This document shows positions 19,325-29,731 of a stretch of DNA of 64,000 bases, piece after piece. Numbering within the stretch: the first letter of the stretch is position 1; the number at the start of each line of letters is the position of its first letter. The stretch comes from a candidate division WWE3 bacterium RIFOXYC1_FULL_40_10 (GTDB taxonomy: Bacteria > Patescibacteriota > WWE3 > UBA101185 > UBA10185): positions 151,108-215,107 of the forward strand of contig MEWB01000001.1 in assembly GCA_001773215.1 (NCBI GenBank), in the 5' to 3' direction. Under the pieces are notes generated by a model. It saw only the letters and a program-made list of their open reading frames with translations. It did not search any database and had not been told where the DNA came from. The position numbers and the translations under genes were made by a program.

Positions 19325-20446
19325 ATGAATCATGAAAACAAGAATATCAGGGTAGTGATAGGTGTAATTTGGACAATAGTGTTTGCTGGTGGTCTGTTCT
19401 TTTTAGCCTTACATTACAGCCCAGTTTTAAATCTAAAAACAACATATACAGGCCCCAAGTCACTTGTGGAGCAAAAAGTAGTACAGGAAGAATCGACGAT
19501 AATTGACGTTGTTGAAAGAGTTTCACCTTCGGTAGTCAGTGTTCTACTTAAGCAGACTTCTTACGATTTTTTTGAGGGGACAACTCAGCAGGAATCAGGA
19601 ATTGGCACAGGTTTTATTGTTGATGCTAATGGCTTAATAGTAACTAACAGTCATGTTGTGAGCGATCCAACGGGTCAGTATTCGGTAGTTTTGAAGGATG
19701 GGACAATCTTTGAGGTTAAGAAGGTAAATATGGATGAAGTGTCGGATTTGGCTATATTAGAAATTACGGCGCGCAACCTACCTGTAGTAGAATTGGGTGA
19801 CTCCGACTCGTTAAAAGTAGGGCAGGGGACTATTGCTATTGGAAATGCCTTAGGAAAATACCAAAACACTGTTACAACAGGTGTAGTAAGCGGAATAGCA
19901 CGCCAACTTAGTGCCTCCGGCGGTTTTGGAACTCAGGAAAAGGTGTATGAGAACGCTATTCAAACAGATGCGGCGCTTAACCCCGGAAATTCCGGCGGGC
20001 CTTTATTAAACTCCTCAGGGCAGGTGATTGGAATAAATGTGGCTACCACGCTAGGTGCCGACAATATAAGTTTTGCTATCCCTGTGAACGATTTAAAGCC
20101 GTTGCTAGAGAGTTTCATAGAACAGGGTAGGATTGTAAGGCCTTATTTGGGGATACAGTATCAGATGGTTACTAAAGATATAGCAAGCTCACAAAACCTT
20201 CCCGAGGGGGCCTATATAACTAGGGTTTTTGTAGGGTCCCCGGCAGACAAATCCGGCTTAAAAAGAGGGGATATTATAATTAGGCTTAATGATACAGCTA
20301 TTACATCAAGTGTTTCTGTGGCCAAACTACTAGCAAAGCTATTAATAGGAGATACGGTTACTCTTACGGTGGATAGGGAGGGGAAAATTAGCGAATTGAA
20401 ACTAATTTTAGAAGAAATGCCAGAAACATATACAAGCCAAAATTAA
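19325..20446 (+). CDS. htrA: HtrA/DegP-family serine protease with PDZ domain
   Basis: [19 protein letters not shown] (His region), [11 protein letters not shown] (Ser region), C-terminal [15 protein letters not shown]. Confidence 0.85.
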   Translation: MNHENKNIRVVIGVIWTIVFAGGLFFLALHYSPVLNLKTTYTGPKSLVEQKVVQEESTIIDVVERVSPSVVSVLLKQTSYDFFEGTTQQESGIGTGFIVDANGLIVTNSHVVSDPTGQYSVVLKDGTIFEVKKVNMDEVSDLAILEITARNLPVVELGDSDSLKVGQGTIAIGNALGKYQNTVTTGVVSGIARQLSASGGFGTQEKVYENAIQTDAALNPGNSGGPLLNSSGQVIGINVATTLGADNISFAIPVNDLKPLLESFIEQGRIVRPYLGIQYQMVTKDIASSQNLPEGAYITRVFVGSPADKSGLKRGDIIIRLNDTAITSSVSVAKLLAKLLIGDTVTLTVDREGKISELKLILEEMPETYTSQN

Positions 20447-21381
20447 ACTTTGTTCAGATTTTCCATCACTTCTGCTAACATATCTTCTATATCTCCATTC
20501 ATACGAACTTCGAGATTATGCCAGCTTTTTTCTACTCTGTGATCGGTTATTCGGTCTTGAGGAAAGTTATAAGTTCTAATTTTTTCATTCCGATCCCCTG
20601 ATCCTACTTGTCCGGCTCGCAGTTCAGTAACATTGCCCACCTGCTGTTCTTGCATCATGTTATAAAGCTGAGACTTTAGTACCTCCAAAGCCTTCTCCCG
20701 GTTTTTTCCCTGATAGCGTTCTTCCTGACACTCAACTATCAGTCCGGTTGGTTTGTGTGTTAGTCGGACTGCTGTTGAAACCTTGTTCACGTTTTGTCCT
20801 CCCTTACCTCCGGATCTGAAAAAATCCCATTCCAAGTCATCGGGATGCACCTCAATTTCGATTTTTTTCAACTTTGGTAGGACTGAGACGGTTGCAGTAG
20901 AAGTATGTATTCTCCCTCCGGATTCGGTAATGGGTACTCGCTGTACTCGATGAACACCGGCTTCGCCCACCAACATTTTGTAGCAATTTTTTCCATGAAT
21001 TTCGATACTGATAGTTTTAATCCCACCAGCAGAATTCTCCGATCTGAATAGTTCCTCGTACTTCCAGCCGATTAGGTCTGCAAATCGCGTATACATTTTT
21101 AGTAAATCCGAAGCGAAGAGCCCTGCTTCATCACCTCCGGTTCCGGACCTAATTTCTAGGATAACGATATTTGAATTGATATTTGAATCCTGCTTTGTAT
21201 CCGTATCGGGGTCAGAAAGTGTAAATTGGGGTGTCTTTAGGCCGGTTATCTGGCCCTGGAGTGAGGTAATTTCGTCTTCCAGCAGTTGAGTAAGTTGCGG
21301 ATCTTTTTCTGTTTCCAATGCCAGTCTCACTTCTTGCAGCGCTTTTTCAAGGCGGGTTATTTCGGCTTCTAGGTATTCCAT
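20443..21381 (-). CDS. prfA: Peptide chain release factor 1
   Basis: GGQ motif [20 protein letters not shown]. Tripeptide discriminator P-I-T ([14 protein letters not shown]), i.e. RF1-type PxT rather than RF2 SPF. Confidence 0.8.
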   Translation of the reverse strand: MEYLEAEITRLEKALQEVRLALETEKDPQLTQLLEDEITSLQGQITGLKTPQFTLSDPDTDTKQDSNINSNIVILEIRSGTGGDEAGLFASDLLKMYTRFADLIGWKYEELFRSENSAGGIKTISIEIHGKNCYKMLVGEAGVHRVQRVPITESGGRIHTSTATVSVLPKLKKIEIEVHPDDLEWDFFRSGGKGGQNVNKVSTAVRLTHKPTGLIVECQEERYQGKNREKALEVLKSQLYNMMQEQQVGNVTELRAGQVGSGDRNEKIRTYNFPQDRITDHRVEKSWHNLEVRMNGDIEDMLAEVMENLNKV

Positions 21382-21387
21382 AGTTAT

Positions 21388-21714
21388 CTATTCGGATTCT
21401 TCTTTTCTTAGATCTTCCAGTATTTGCCTAACAGTTTTCTTTTGAACCGGTGCTTCAACCACTTTCTGTTTCTTAGCGACTTTTAGAGCCTGTGTTTGTT
21501 TCTTTCTTTCTGTCGCCATTTCTAGCTTTCGTGTAAACTTGTCTATCCTTTTTTCTGTGTCTACAAATCTATGCTGCCCTGTGAAAAACGGGTGGCAGGC
21601 ACTGCAGATATCGACGGAAATTGAGTCAAGTGTTGAAATAGTCACGAAGGAATTTCCACATGCACATGTGACCACGCAGTTGTTATTTACTTTTGGTTGA
21701 ATATCTTTTTTCAT
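21388..21714 (-). CDS. rpmE: 50S ribosomal protein L31 (with C-terminal K/E-rich extension)
   Basis: MKKDIQPK...CACGN...CSACHPFFTGQHRFVDTEKRIDKF matches L31 zinc-ribbon signature. Confidence 0.8.
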   Translation of the reverse strand: MKKDIQPKVNNNCVVTCACGNSFVTISTLDSISVDICSACHPFFTGQHRFVDTEKRIDKFTRKLEMATERKKQTQALKVAKKQKVVEAPVQKKTVRQILEDLRKEESE

Positions 21715-21732
21715 ACGACGGATGGCAGTATA

Positions 21733-22758
21733 TCAATTATCTTTATTTGTGTAAAGAATGGAGTCGTACTGTGCAATTGCAACCCCAGAGAAGATAATTA
21801 GCATGGCTAGTATGGCTATTTTAGAAGGCACTTCGCCGAGTAACAAGTAGGCCGCAGGGAAAGTAATGAGAGTTGATAGGTAGCCATACACGGCTGTGTC
21901 TCTTACGTGGGCTTTTTGCAAGCCCCACTGGATAGCTAAGTATGCTACAACAGAAGAGAGAAGCGCCATGTAAAGAATACCGGCAATACCCTTAGGGTCT
22001 ATAAAACCCAAATAAAAGTTGGTTTCTCCGAAGAAGCCAAAGTATTCCAGAACAGCAAAGGGTAAAACAGTTGCCAATCCGACAAAAAAAGTTATATAGA
22101 CTATAAGAGTAGGGGAGTAGACTTTTGTCATGGGTTTTATATGGACGAAACTAAGTGTTTTTTTCAGCAAACCCGATCGTTCCCCCATACTCAGCTTGGA
22201 CCATAATAGATAAAAAGACCACGCTACCACAGATATAAAAGCTAATAGATTTCCTACTATTCGAAAGCTTGGATTAACGTTGGCCCTGTTTCCGGTGACA
22301 AGTGGTTCCAAGATAACTGCTAAAGTTCCAATCGCGGCCAAAGAAGCACCAACAGCAACTTTTCTATCGATTCTCTCATTGTAAAAATAATGGCCTAAAT
22401 ACATTGTAATTATTGTGCCCGAAATACCTATAATTCCGATATCGATTGCCGTTGTATATTTATATGACAAATAAACGATTATAAGCTGGGTTTGTGAAAA
22501 CAAGCCAAGCAAGAAGAAATTGACATAGTCCTTGGTGTTAATTGGGGTTCTTTTTAGTTCGATAATTAAAAAGGGCAGTACCAATACACATACAATTAGC
22601 ATCCTAACAAATAGGAACGTTGCAGGAGGTATGTAGGCTAAAGTATATTTAATAACCGGTCCGGCAATTCCCCATATTACGCTGGCGGATATTAAAGCTA
22701 AATGAGCCGACAGCACCGAATGGGATATTCTATTGGTGGACATTGTTTTGGGCATCAA
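21733..22758 (-). CDS. Polytopic membrane protein, probable DMT/EamA-type transporter
   Basis: About 10 hydrophobic segments in 341 aa. Size and topology typical for EamA duplication. No strong motif. Confidence 0.4.
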   Translation of the reverse strand: MMPKTMSTNRISHSVLSAHLALISASVIWGIAGPVIKYTLAYIPPATFLFVRMLIVCVLVLPFLIIELKRTPINTKDYVNFFLLGLFSQTQLIIVYLSYKYTTAIDIGIIGISGTIITMYLGHYFYNERIDRKVAVGASLAAIGTLAVILEPLVTGNRANVNPSFRIVGNLLAFISVVAWSFYLLWSKLSMGERSGLLKKTLSFVHIKPMTKVYSPTLIVYITFFVGLATVLPFAVLEYFGFFGETNFYLGFIDPKGIAGILYMALLSSVVAYLAIQWGLQKAHVRDTAVYGYLSTLITFPAAYLLLGEVPSKIAILAMLIIFSGVAIAQYDSILYTNKDN

Positions 22759-22781
22759 CTGTAAATGTTAGCAGTGAATTG

Positions 22782-24071
22782 CTACATCTCCAACTCTTTT
22801 TGCTGGCCGGATCGCATGTCTTTTATTATCATTTTATTAGACTTAATTTCAGCATCCCCTATTATTATTGCGAATTTGGCATTTTTTTTGTCGGCATATT
22901 TTAGCTGTTTATCGATTTTGGTGTCGGATTGGAGCCAAGTAAAAACCTTTTTACCGTCCTGCCTTAGCTTACTAGCAACCTCCAAACTTTTTTCAAGATA
23001 GCGACTGTCTGTACCCGGCCACAGTGTGACAAAGTAGTCGAGTGCATCGTCGAAGTTTGGAATCAGTTTCCAGCCTTTTAAGAATTCAGCCAAGGTAATA
23101 TCACCCATTGCAAAGCCAGTTGCTCCAAGTTTGTAATTGCCGAAAATAGTGATCAGGCCATCGAATCGTTCTCCTCCAAACAGGGAGCGGGAGTTTTCGA
23201 CGTTTTTGTCATATATTTCATAAACTAGCCCGTCACTGTATTCAAAACCTCTGATAATCGAAGGGTCGAAACGGCAGTATTTGAGTAGCCCCGACTTTCC
23301 TAGTAGTAGAGATAAATTCATAATATTCTCATAACCTTTATTTGTCTTAAGCACATCTAGGTCAATGACATCAGGTAATGTTTCCAGGGATGAACCCAGG
23401 AACTTTTCGACTGCTTCCCCATATTCAGGTGACAGGCCCATTTCAGTGAGGATCGACACGAAATCGCTTTCCGACATCTTTGCTCTTTTATCCATTATGC
23501 GTCTTACTTCTGTGGCGGTTTCAAAATCCAATTTTAGGACGTCGTTAAGAAGCAGATTAACAAGTCTTCTATCGCTGAATCTGATCTCAAACATGGTTTC
23601 GTTAGCCCCAAATTCTTTAAGTATATCTGTAGCAACCGAAAGTATTTCAAAATCCGCCGTGACCTCGTCTATGCCGAAAATATTAACCTCCAGCTGATAA
23701 AACTCACGGCCTCGACCTTTTTGCGGTTTCTCGTATCGCCAGTTGTCTCCTATCATGAACCATTTAATAGGCTGGGGTAGAATATTGAACTTTTCGGCAA
23801 TCATTCTGACTGTACTGGGTGTCAATTCCGGACGAAGTGCGACTTTTCTTCCGCCTTTGTCTTCAAAGCTGAACAGTTGCTCGTTCACGATTTCCTGTCC
23901 GGACTTGGCAGAGAACACTTCAAAATTTTCTAAGACCGGAAAACTATATTGTTCAAAGCAATACCTATTACATACCCGCTTCCAGGTGTCAAAAATGTAA
24001 TTCTGTAAGCGCATTTCCTCAGGATAAATATCTCTCGCGCCTTTGTATGGTTGTGTGTTTAGTTTAGTCAT
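22782..24071 (-). CDS. hisS: Histidine--tRNA ligase
   Basis: N-terminus PYKGARDIYPEE (class II HisRS motif 1 region), ...RKVALRPELTPSTVR, ...GGERFDGL. Confidence 0.85.
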   Translation of the reverse strand: MTKLNTQPYKGARDIYPEEMRLQNYIFDTWKRVCNRYCFEQYSFPVLENFEVFSAKSGQEIVNEQLFSFEDKGGRKVALRPELTPSTVRMIAEKFNILPQPIKWFMIGDNWRYEKPQKGRGREFYQLEVNIFGIDEVTADFEILSVATDILKEFGANETMFEIRFSDRRLVNLLLNDVLKLDFETATEVRRIMDKRAKMSESDFVSILTEMGLSPEYGEAVEKFLGSSLETLPDVIDLDVLKTNKGYENIMNLSLLLGKSGLLKYCRFDPSIIRGFEYSDGLVYEIYDKNVENSRSLFGGERFDGLITIFGNYKLGATGFAMGDITLAEFLKGWKLIPNFDDALDYFVTLWPGTDSRYLEKSLEVASKLRQDGKKVFTWLQSDTKIDKQLKYADKKNAKFAIIIGDAEIKSNKMIIKDMRSGQQKELEM

Positions 24072-24963
24072 AATTAGCCTTTCTAAATAATATACTAGTA
24101 TTTGTTTTCACACTACTAATTAAACCCGGATCGGGAAAAATCATGGGAAGGGGATCCGCGCCTATAGATCGTCTAAGAAAATTCGTTATTACAAGAGCTC
24201 TTTTACTTACTTCTTCAGTGTTGAACCAGACGCAGTTTGACATATACTTAGTTTTTTCCAGCTTCTCAAGAATTATCCCCTCAACCCCATATGTTGCTAC
24301 GGTTCTAATTGCCACTTCTTTTGCCAACACTTTATCTTTTATGCCGATGTGCTCCCGAGTTCTAGTTATCTGTTTGTTAATAATGGAAGATGCTAGCAGC
24401 TTTTGGCGAGGTTTAGCTAATTCCTTGTAGACCAGGTCAAACAAGTTACGATACGTTTTTTGTAGCCCGGTCATTTTTAGTAGGTCCCAAAAATTATAGA
24501 CCCTCACAGTTGCGGGGTAGTCTGCAACACTATTAGCAATTAACGACCTAAACTCATTTTTTTTCAAAGTAATAACTTTACTGTCCTCATATTTGAGTGA
24601 GGAAGGGTAGATGAATCTGGAGTTAGTATCTGCGATTAGTTTAACAAACTGGAAATTAATCCCCGATGCCTTTATGTATTTTAGGATATCACTTTCCTCT
24701 TTTTTCATAGATACCGCTCTTGGTATTTCTGTGTAATTATCTATAGGGACTCCTTTGGCGATATTGGGCATAGCCACATCAAAGCTAATGTAAGGCGTAC
24801 CTGAAGTCTTGTCGTATTTTATATAACGCGGGGGACATTCCCAGTTAAATAGGGTAATAGGCTTGTAAGGATCCGCAAAATAGTTTTTGATCTTTGCAGC
24901 ATTTTGAATTGGCATCTTCGATACTTTATTTAGTTGTGTAATCATCTTGTCATATTTATTCAT
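24064..24963 (-). CDS. Hypothetical protein
   Basis: 299-aa ORF overlapping hisS start by 8 nt. No recognised motif. Confidence 0.35.
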   Translation of the reverse strand: MNKYDKMITQLNKVSKMPIQNAAKIKNYFADPYKPITLFNWECPPRYIKYDKTSGTPYISFDVAMPNIAKGVPIDNYTEIPRAVSMKKEESDILKYIKASGINFQFVKLIADTNSRFIYPSSLKYEDSKVITLKKNEFRSLIANSVADYPATVRVYNFWDLLKMTGLQKTYRNLFDLVYKELAKPRQKLLASSIINKQITRTREHIGIKDKVLAKEVAIRTVATYGVEGIILEKLEKTKYMSNCVWFNTEEVSKRALVITNFLRRSIGADPLPMIFPDPGLISSVKTNTSILFRKANYD

Positions 24964-25016
24964 CTGTTTTTCTTTCTGGAGGACAAATATCTACTTGGTA
25001 TTTGTCCTCCAATCTA

Positions 25017-25700
25017 TTATTTAAGCTGGATCACAGGGATCCACTCAGATTTGCTGAGCGCAGCATTTTGTAATACGCTAACTCCCGGGCTTTCAACACC
25101 TGCTATTACTGGGTTAACAAAAAATCTCTTGCTCCATATACCATCCTGTGCATAGCCCGCGAAAATACGCTCAATCCAGTTGGTAACTGCCCAGGCCGGA
25201 GTTGAGTTCCAGGGAATAGTCCTCAATCGTTCGGTTTCCATCTTTGTAAACGAACCCGGCACATTGTTCCATGGTTTAGTTCTTCTCCAATTACTCCATT
25301 CCAGCAAATAGCGGTAGTCTATCAACTCTATTGTTGATATAACTGCCCCTGAGTTGGCCAGCTCCCGAGGAGGTTGCGGGACCTCCAATGGATTTTCAAC
25401 TAATAATATGGCGTCGGCTGTAGCAAATAAGGCCGTGGTAGTTGAAATTTCCACTCCTTGATTTTGCAATTCTCCTCTAAGAGAAAGTGATTTCTCTAGA
25501 GCAACTTTCCCCCGATCCGATAACCCGGGGTCAAATCTTGTTACCAGGCTATTGGTTTCCTTATTGAATCTCCACCCATTTTTTCTGATATTTGGGCATA
25601 TCCAAAAAATCAGATCTAGTGGTAGTTGAAGATGCTCTTGTGTCAGATTCCTTGTGTTGGCCACGCCTTTTAATGTTCTTATATCACTTGGTTTTAACAT
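25017..25700 (-). CDS. Hypothetical protein
   Basis: 227-aa ORF. No recognised motif. Confidence 0.35.
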   Translation of the reverse strand: MLKPSDIRTLKGVANTRNLTQEHLQLPLDLIFWICPNIRKNGWRFNKETNSLVTRFDPGLSDRGKVALEKSLSLRGELQNQGVEISTTTALFATADAILLVENPLEVPQPPRELANSGAVISTIELIDYRYLLEWSNWRRTKPWNNVPGSFTKMETERLRTIPWNSTPAWAVTNWIERIFAGYAQDGIWSKRFFVNPVIAGVESPGVSVLQNAALSKSEWIPVIQLK

Positions 25701-25720
25701 GCTTCTCTCCTTTTCTAGAC

Positions 25721-25747
25721 AACAAAAAAACCCGCTTGTTGCGGGTT
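25721..25747 (-). terminator. Rho-independent terminator downstream of pepF
   Basis: On minus strand AACCCGC-AACAA-GCGGGTT followed by TTTTTTTGTTG (plus-strand aaaaaaacccgcttgttgcgggtt). Confidence 0.6.
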
Positions 25748-25882
25748 AGCCAAAAATATTGAGTACTACTCTTTACTTACACAAATAAGGCCACGCCCGC
25801 TATAAAAGGGGTTTTATGGAACTTATGATGCATGTTGGAAAGAGTTACAATACTCATATCAGTGCAAACGGTAACACAAGCA

Positions 25883-27649
25883 TCACTTTGTGTCAATTTT
25901 GGCGAATAGTTTTTCACTCTCCCTTAATTCCTTTTCAATTTCGCTGATTCCCGCCTTCCAGAAGGTAGGTTTAGTTATATCTAAGCCAAGCTTTCCGAAT
26001 ATTTCCACCGGTGAGTGCGAGTCTCCCGCCCGGAGAAATTCCTTAAGCTTTGATATAAATGCAGGATTTTCTTGGTACAGATTTTGCATAGCCTTGGAAA
26101 TTAGCAGACCGCTGGCATAAGAATATACGTAGAAATAATTCCTGATATGACTCCAATATACCCACCAATTTTCCGATCCTTCCGACTGTTTCACGTAGTC
26201 ACCCATGTAGCTTTTCATATGTTTTTGAAAAATTTTCCCAATTTGATCTCCGGGCAGGTACGCGGTTTTTCTAAACTCCGAGTGCAATTCTTGTTCAAAT
26301 TTATAACAAGCGACCTGTCTAAAAATAGTTGCTATGCTAGCGCCCAGTTTTTCCATTTTCATGTAAAGTTTATTGTTTTCCGGGATGCTTTTCTCTATTT
26401 CTTTGTATACAAAATCTTCCATAAAAGTGCTTGCAACTTCTGCGGTTGCCAAAGAATGGCCGCAATTTAAAGCATTTTGCACTTTAGCACTTAAATCACC
26501 ATGGATAGCATGTCCCATCTCGTGGGCAAGAGTAGTTACATCCTCGATGCTCCCCGTGAAGTTAGTTAGAATATAACCGGGCAGGGTAGGTATGCTGTGC
26601 GTACAAAAAGCACCTCCCGTCTTACCCTTTTTAGGGTAAACATCGATTCTGGAATTTATAATGTAGTCGTTAAATATATCCAAAAATTCGTTATCTAGGT
26701 TTCCAAAAACTTTTCGTATTAAGCCTACACTTTCCTCGTAAGTATATTTCTTTGCTAAGTTACCCATTTTTACATACCTTTCGTGATATTCCAGCTTCTC
26801 AACACCCAAAACTTTTGCCTTCAGCATGTAAAAACGCTGGGCTACGTCGTATTTTTCGGTTACGGCTTGGAGTAGTGCATCTATAACATTAGCTTCTATA
26901 TCATCACTAATAAGTCGGGCCAAATCAGGTCTCTCTATCTTTTTTAGTTCGTCAATGGTCTTTTTGTATTGGAGAATGGCGTTTAGTTCTGCAACAGCAG
27001 TATCCAGATGTTTTTTGAACACGTTATTTGTTTCCTGGGCAGCAGTGTCTCTTACTTTCTTAGTTGAACTTTCAAAAGCCTTGAGTGCTTCCGGGAGTGT
27101 CTTTACTACATTGTTACCTTTCTCGTCAATAATAGTCAGCTGCTCTTTGGCCAAGAACTCTTCAGTCATATCAGTCCACTTTGAGTAAGCCATGGGAGAT
27201 AGAGAGTTTATAATTTTCTCCTCCGGCTCGGAGAGGAGGTACTTGGAAAGGGCAAAAAGTTGTTCTAGGTAGTGATGGTAGGGTTTTAGAGTTTGTGATC
27301 CTAAAAACTTTTTTTGTTCACCTATGCTAATTCTAGCCAATTTATGCTCGAAAAACATGATGGCATTAGAAATATTAATACTCTTTTCCTCCAGCTGATT
27401 ATATTTTGCCTTAATTTCAGGATTATTTTGTTCCAGACACAGCCTAAGTGAGTAATAATATCCGGTTTTACCGGTTGTTCCGTAAAGCTTTTCTAACTGT
27501 TCGTATTCATCCAGAGCCTGTTTTAATACTTCGGGGTCTTTTAGGAAATCCTCTCGGTTTCTCCATTTATTTATAAACGCGTGGTTAGCCTTAATGGTTT
27601 CATCAAGGTCTGAGACGAGTAAGTTTGAGAGATCCCAGTTTGTAGTCAT
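25883..27649 (-). CDS. pepF: Oligoendopeptidase F, M3B family
   Basis: Zinc-binding HEMGHAIHGDL (HExxH). About 590 aa typical of PepF. Confidence 0.8.
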   Translation of the reverse strand: MTTNWDLSNLLVSDLDETIKANHAFINKWRNREDFLKDPEVLKQALDEYEQLEKLYGTTGKTGYYYSLRLCLEQNNPEIKAKYNQLEEKSINISNAIMFFEHKLARISIGEQKKFLGSQTLKPYHHYLEQLFALSKYLLSEPEEKIINSLSPMAYSKWTDMTEEFLAKEQLTIIDEKGNNVVKTLPEALKAFESSTKKVRDTAAQETNNVFKKHLDTAVAELNAILQYKKTIDELKKIERPDLARLISDDIEANVIDALLQAVTEKYDVAQRFYMLKAKVLGVEKLEYHERYVKMGNLAKKYTYEESVGLIRKVFGNLDNEFLDIFNDYIINSRIDVYPKKGKTGGAFCTHSIPTLPGYILTNFTGSIEDVTTLAHEMGHAIHGDLSAKVQNALNCGHSLATAEVASTFMEDFVYKEIEKSIPENNKLYMKMEKLGASIATIFRQVACYKFEQELHSEFRKTAYLPGDQIGKIFQKHMKSYMGDYVKQSEGSENWWVYWSHIRNYFYVYSYASGLLISKAMQNLYQENPAFISKLKEFLRAGDSHSPVEIFGKLGLDITKPTFWKAGISEIEKELRESEKLFAKIDTK

Positions 27650-27702
27650 GAGCGTATTCTCCTACATGAAGTAAACTTTATCAATTGTAGTAGAATTGGC
27701 AT

Positions 27703-29049
27703 ATGCTGGAAGAGGTTAAGAACTTAGCAAAAATAACGCTGTCGAATAAAATCCGTAACAACGGGGAGTCCAAATATGCTCATGTACAGAAAGTAGAAAG
27801 GCTATTGATAGAGCAGGGGATAACTGACATAGAAATACATACTCTATTGTATGTCACACACCTTATGGAGGAAAATGGAGTGGGGGACTTCGGGGAAAAA
27901 GTATTGGCCCAAGCAAGATCCTACATCAACATGTCTCATAACAAGTCTACTTCTATCGACTTAGAGAACAATCCTTTGCCAATTTTGTTAGAAACATTCC
28001 TAAGTTTGGCTGCCGAACCCAATGTTGCCATTGTGAGGATGGCCGATAAGGCCGAAAATATTAAAAGTGCGCATGTTTTTGCCCCCGAGGAATCTCGGAG
28101 AATGGCACTGAGTGCACTTAATATCTACGCACCAATAGCCAAAATCTTGGGCCTGGGCGGTTTATCAAGAATTCTTCAGGATGAGGCTTTCAAAATTCTG
28201 GATCCACAAAATTTCCATATACTAGATAGTGAAATTAAAGATGCAGAGTTGGGTGTTAAAAAACAACTTGAAGAGACAGGTGCTTTTTTGACCAGTATTG
28301 CGGAGGAACAAGAGATTAATACAGAAGTGGCGATGAGAGTGAAGGGAGTGTTTTCTGCTTATTCGAAAATGGTAAAAAAAGACTATTTGCATGTGACCAG
28401 CCTGTCGGATTTGTTCGCGATGAGAGTGATTGTTGATAAAATCGAGGATTGTTATGCTGTAGAAACTTTGTTGAACAGCTTACTGGATGTTTTTGAAGGT
28501 GAACAGAGGAATGATTATATTCAAAAGCCTAAGCCCGGAGGGTACAAAAGCATTCATTCCTATTACAAGTTGGATACAGGGGGAGTTTTCGAAGTCCAAA
28601 TTAGAACTAAAGAAATGCATGAATGGAACGAATTCGGGCAAGCTGCCCACTTTTGGTATAAATATAAGGACTTCAAAAAAAGATACTCTCAAGATCCCTC
28701 AATATTAGAAGAATTAAATTTTTTCAAGGCTCAAGGAAAGATTAAAGTAGGTAGGTTTGGCAAGCAAGTATACGTGTTTACTCCAAAAAACGATATTGTA
28801 GAGCTAGATAAAGGAGCTACTGCCCTAGATTTTGCCTTTGCTTTGCATGCTGACCTTGGTTTAAGGGCAACCGGTGCACATGTGAATGGAAAATACGTTC
28901 CTTTGGATCACGTTCTTTCTACGGGTGACAGAGTGTTGATTGAGAAAAGTAATTCGACAAAAGTACCGGGAAGCAAAAAAATCAATATGGTGACAACCAA
29001 AAAAGCCAGAAGTTACATCAAAAAATTGTTAAGGGCTAATTTAAAATAA
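27703..29049 (+). CDS. RelA/SpoT homolog: (p)ppGpp synthetase domain + TGS domain, apparently degenerate N-terminal HD domain
   Basis: Synthetase motif YKSIHSYYKLDTGGVFEVQIRTKEMHEWNEFGQAAHFWYK. TGS region VYVFTPKNDIVELDKGATALDFAFALHADLG. N-terminal segment lacks clear H...HD metal motif. Confidence 0.7.
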   Translation: MLEEVKNLAKITLSNKIRNNGESKYAHVQKVERLLIEQGITDIEIHTLLYVTHLMEENGVGDFGEKVLAQARSYINMSHNKSTSIDLENNPLPILLETFLSLAAEPNVAIVRMADKAENIKSAHVFAPEESRRMALSALNIYAPIAKILGLGGLSRILQDEAFKILDPQNFHILDSEIKDAELGVKKQLEETGAFLTSIAEEQEINTEVAMRVKGVFSAYSKMVKKDYLHVTSLSDLFAMRVIVDKIEDCYAVETLLNSLLDVFEGEQRNDYIQKPKPGGYKSIHSYYKLDTGGVFEVQIRTKEMHEWNEFGQAAHFWYKYKDFKKRYSQDPSILEELNFFKAQGKIKVGRFGKQVYVFTPKNDIVELDKGATALDFAFALHADLGLRATGAHVNGKYVPLDHVLSTGDRVLIEKSNSTKVPGSKKINMVTTKKARSYIKKLLRANLK

Positions 29050-29066
29050 TATGATAAGATATCGAC

Positions 29067-29714
29067 ATGGTGGAAATCAATTTTATTAATCATTCCTGCT
29101 TTAAGATAAAAGGAAAGGAAGTTTCCTTAATTGTAGATCCCTATGATCCTGAGCAAACCGGCTATAAAATGCCCAAGCTAGACTGTGATATATTGCTCAC
29201 AACCCACGAACACTTTGATCACAATTATAAAGATGCAATATCAGGTTATAAATTATTAATTGACGGAGCAGGTGAATATGAAGTTGGCGGGGTCTTTATC
29301 CAAGGAATCGAAGTTTTCCATGACAACGAAAATGGAGCCAAGAGAGGCAAGTCTACTCTCTATGTAATAGAAATAGATGATTTTACGATAATGCACTGTG
29401 GAGATTTGGGTCATGAGTTGTCAAAAGAAACCCTGGAGCACATACCGGATATAGATGTGCTACTCATTCCGGTGGGAGGTACCTACACCATTGATGCCGA
29501 AGCTGCCGCTAAGATAATCTCTTCCATTGAGCCGGGTTTTGTAGTTCCCATGCACTACCAAACTTCTGAAGTTACCAAACTGTCTAAAGATTTGGCTAAA
29601 TTAGACAAGTTTTTGGATGAGATGGGAGTGGATGTTGGTATGAAGAAACAAAATACACTTAAGCTAAGTAACAGAAGCGACATTCCCGAAGAAACTGAAG
29701 TTGTGATTCTCTAA
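29067..29714 (+). CDS. MBL-fold metallo-hydrolase
   Basis: TTHEHFDHN (HxHxDH) motif. About 215 aa. Confidence 0.7.
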   Translation: MVEINFINHSCFKIKGKEVSLIVDPYDPEQTGYKMPKLDCDILLTTHEHFDHNYKDAISGYKLLIDGAGEYEVGGVFIQGIEVFHDNENGAKRGKSTLYVIEIDDFTIMHCGDLGHELSKETLEHIPDIDVLLIPVGGTYTIDAEAAAKIISSIEPGFVVPMHYQTSEVTKLSKDLAKLDKFLDEMGVDVGMKKQNTLKLSNRSDIPEETEVVIL

Positions 29715-29731
29715 CTGCCCCAGTTAGTAAT

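Noticed and set aside
20443-21381. Idea that presence of RF1 only might indicate a recoded genetic code
   Set aside because: TGA is used as an in-frame terminal stop for well-supported genes (e.g. 3711..5555 ends ...gaaaagTGA), so the standard code applies. RF2 may simply lie outside the window.
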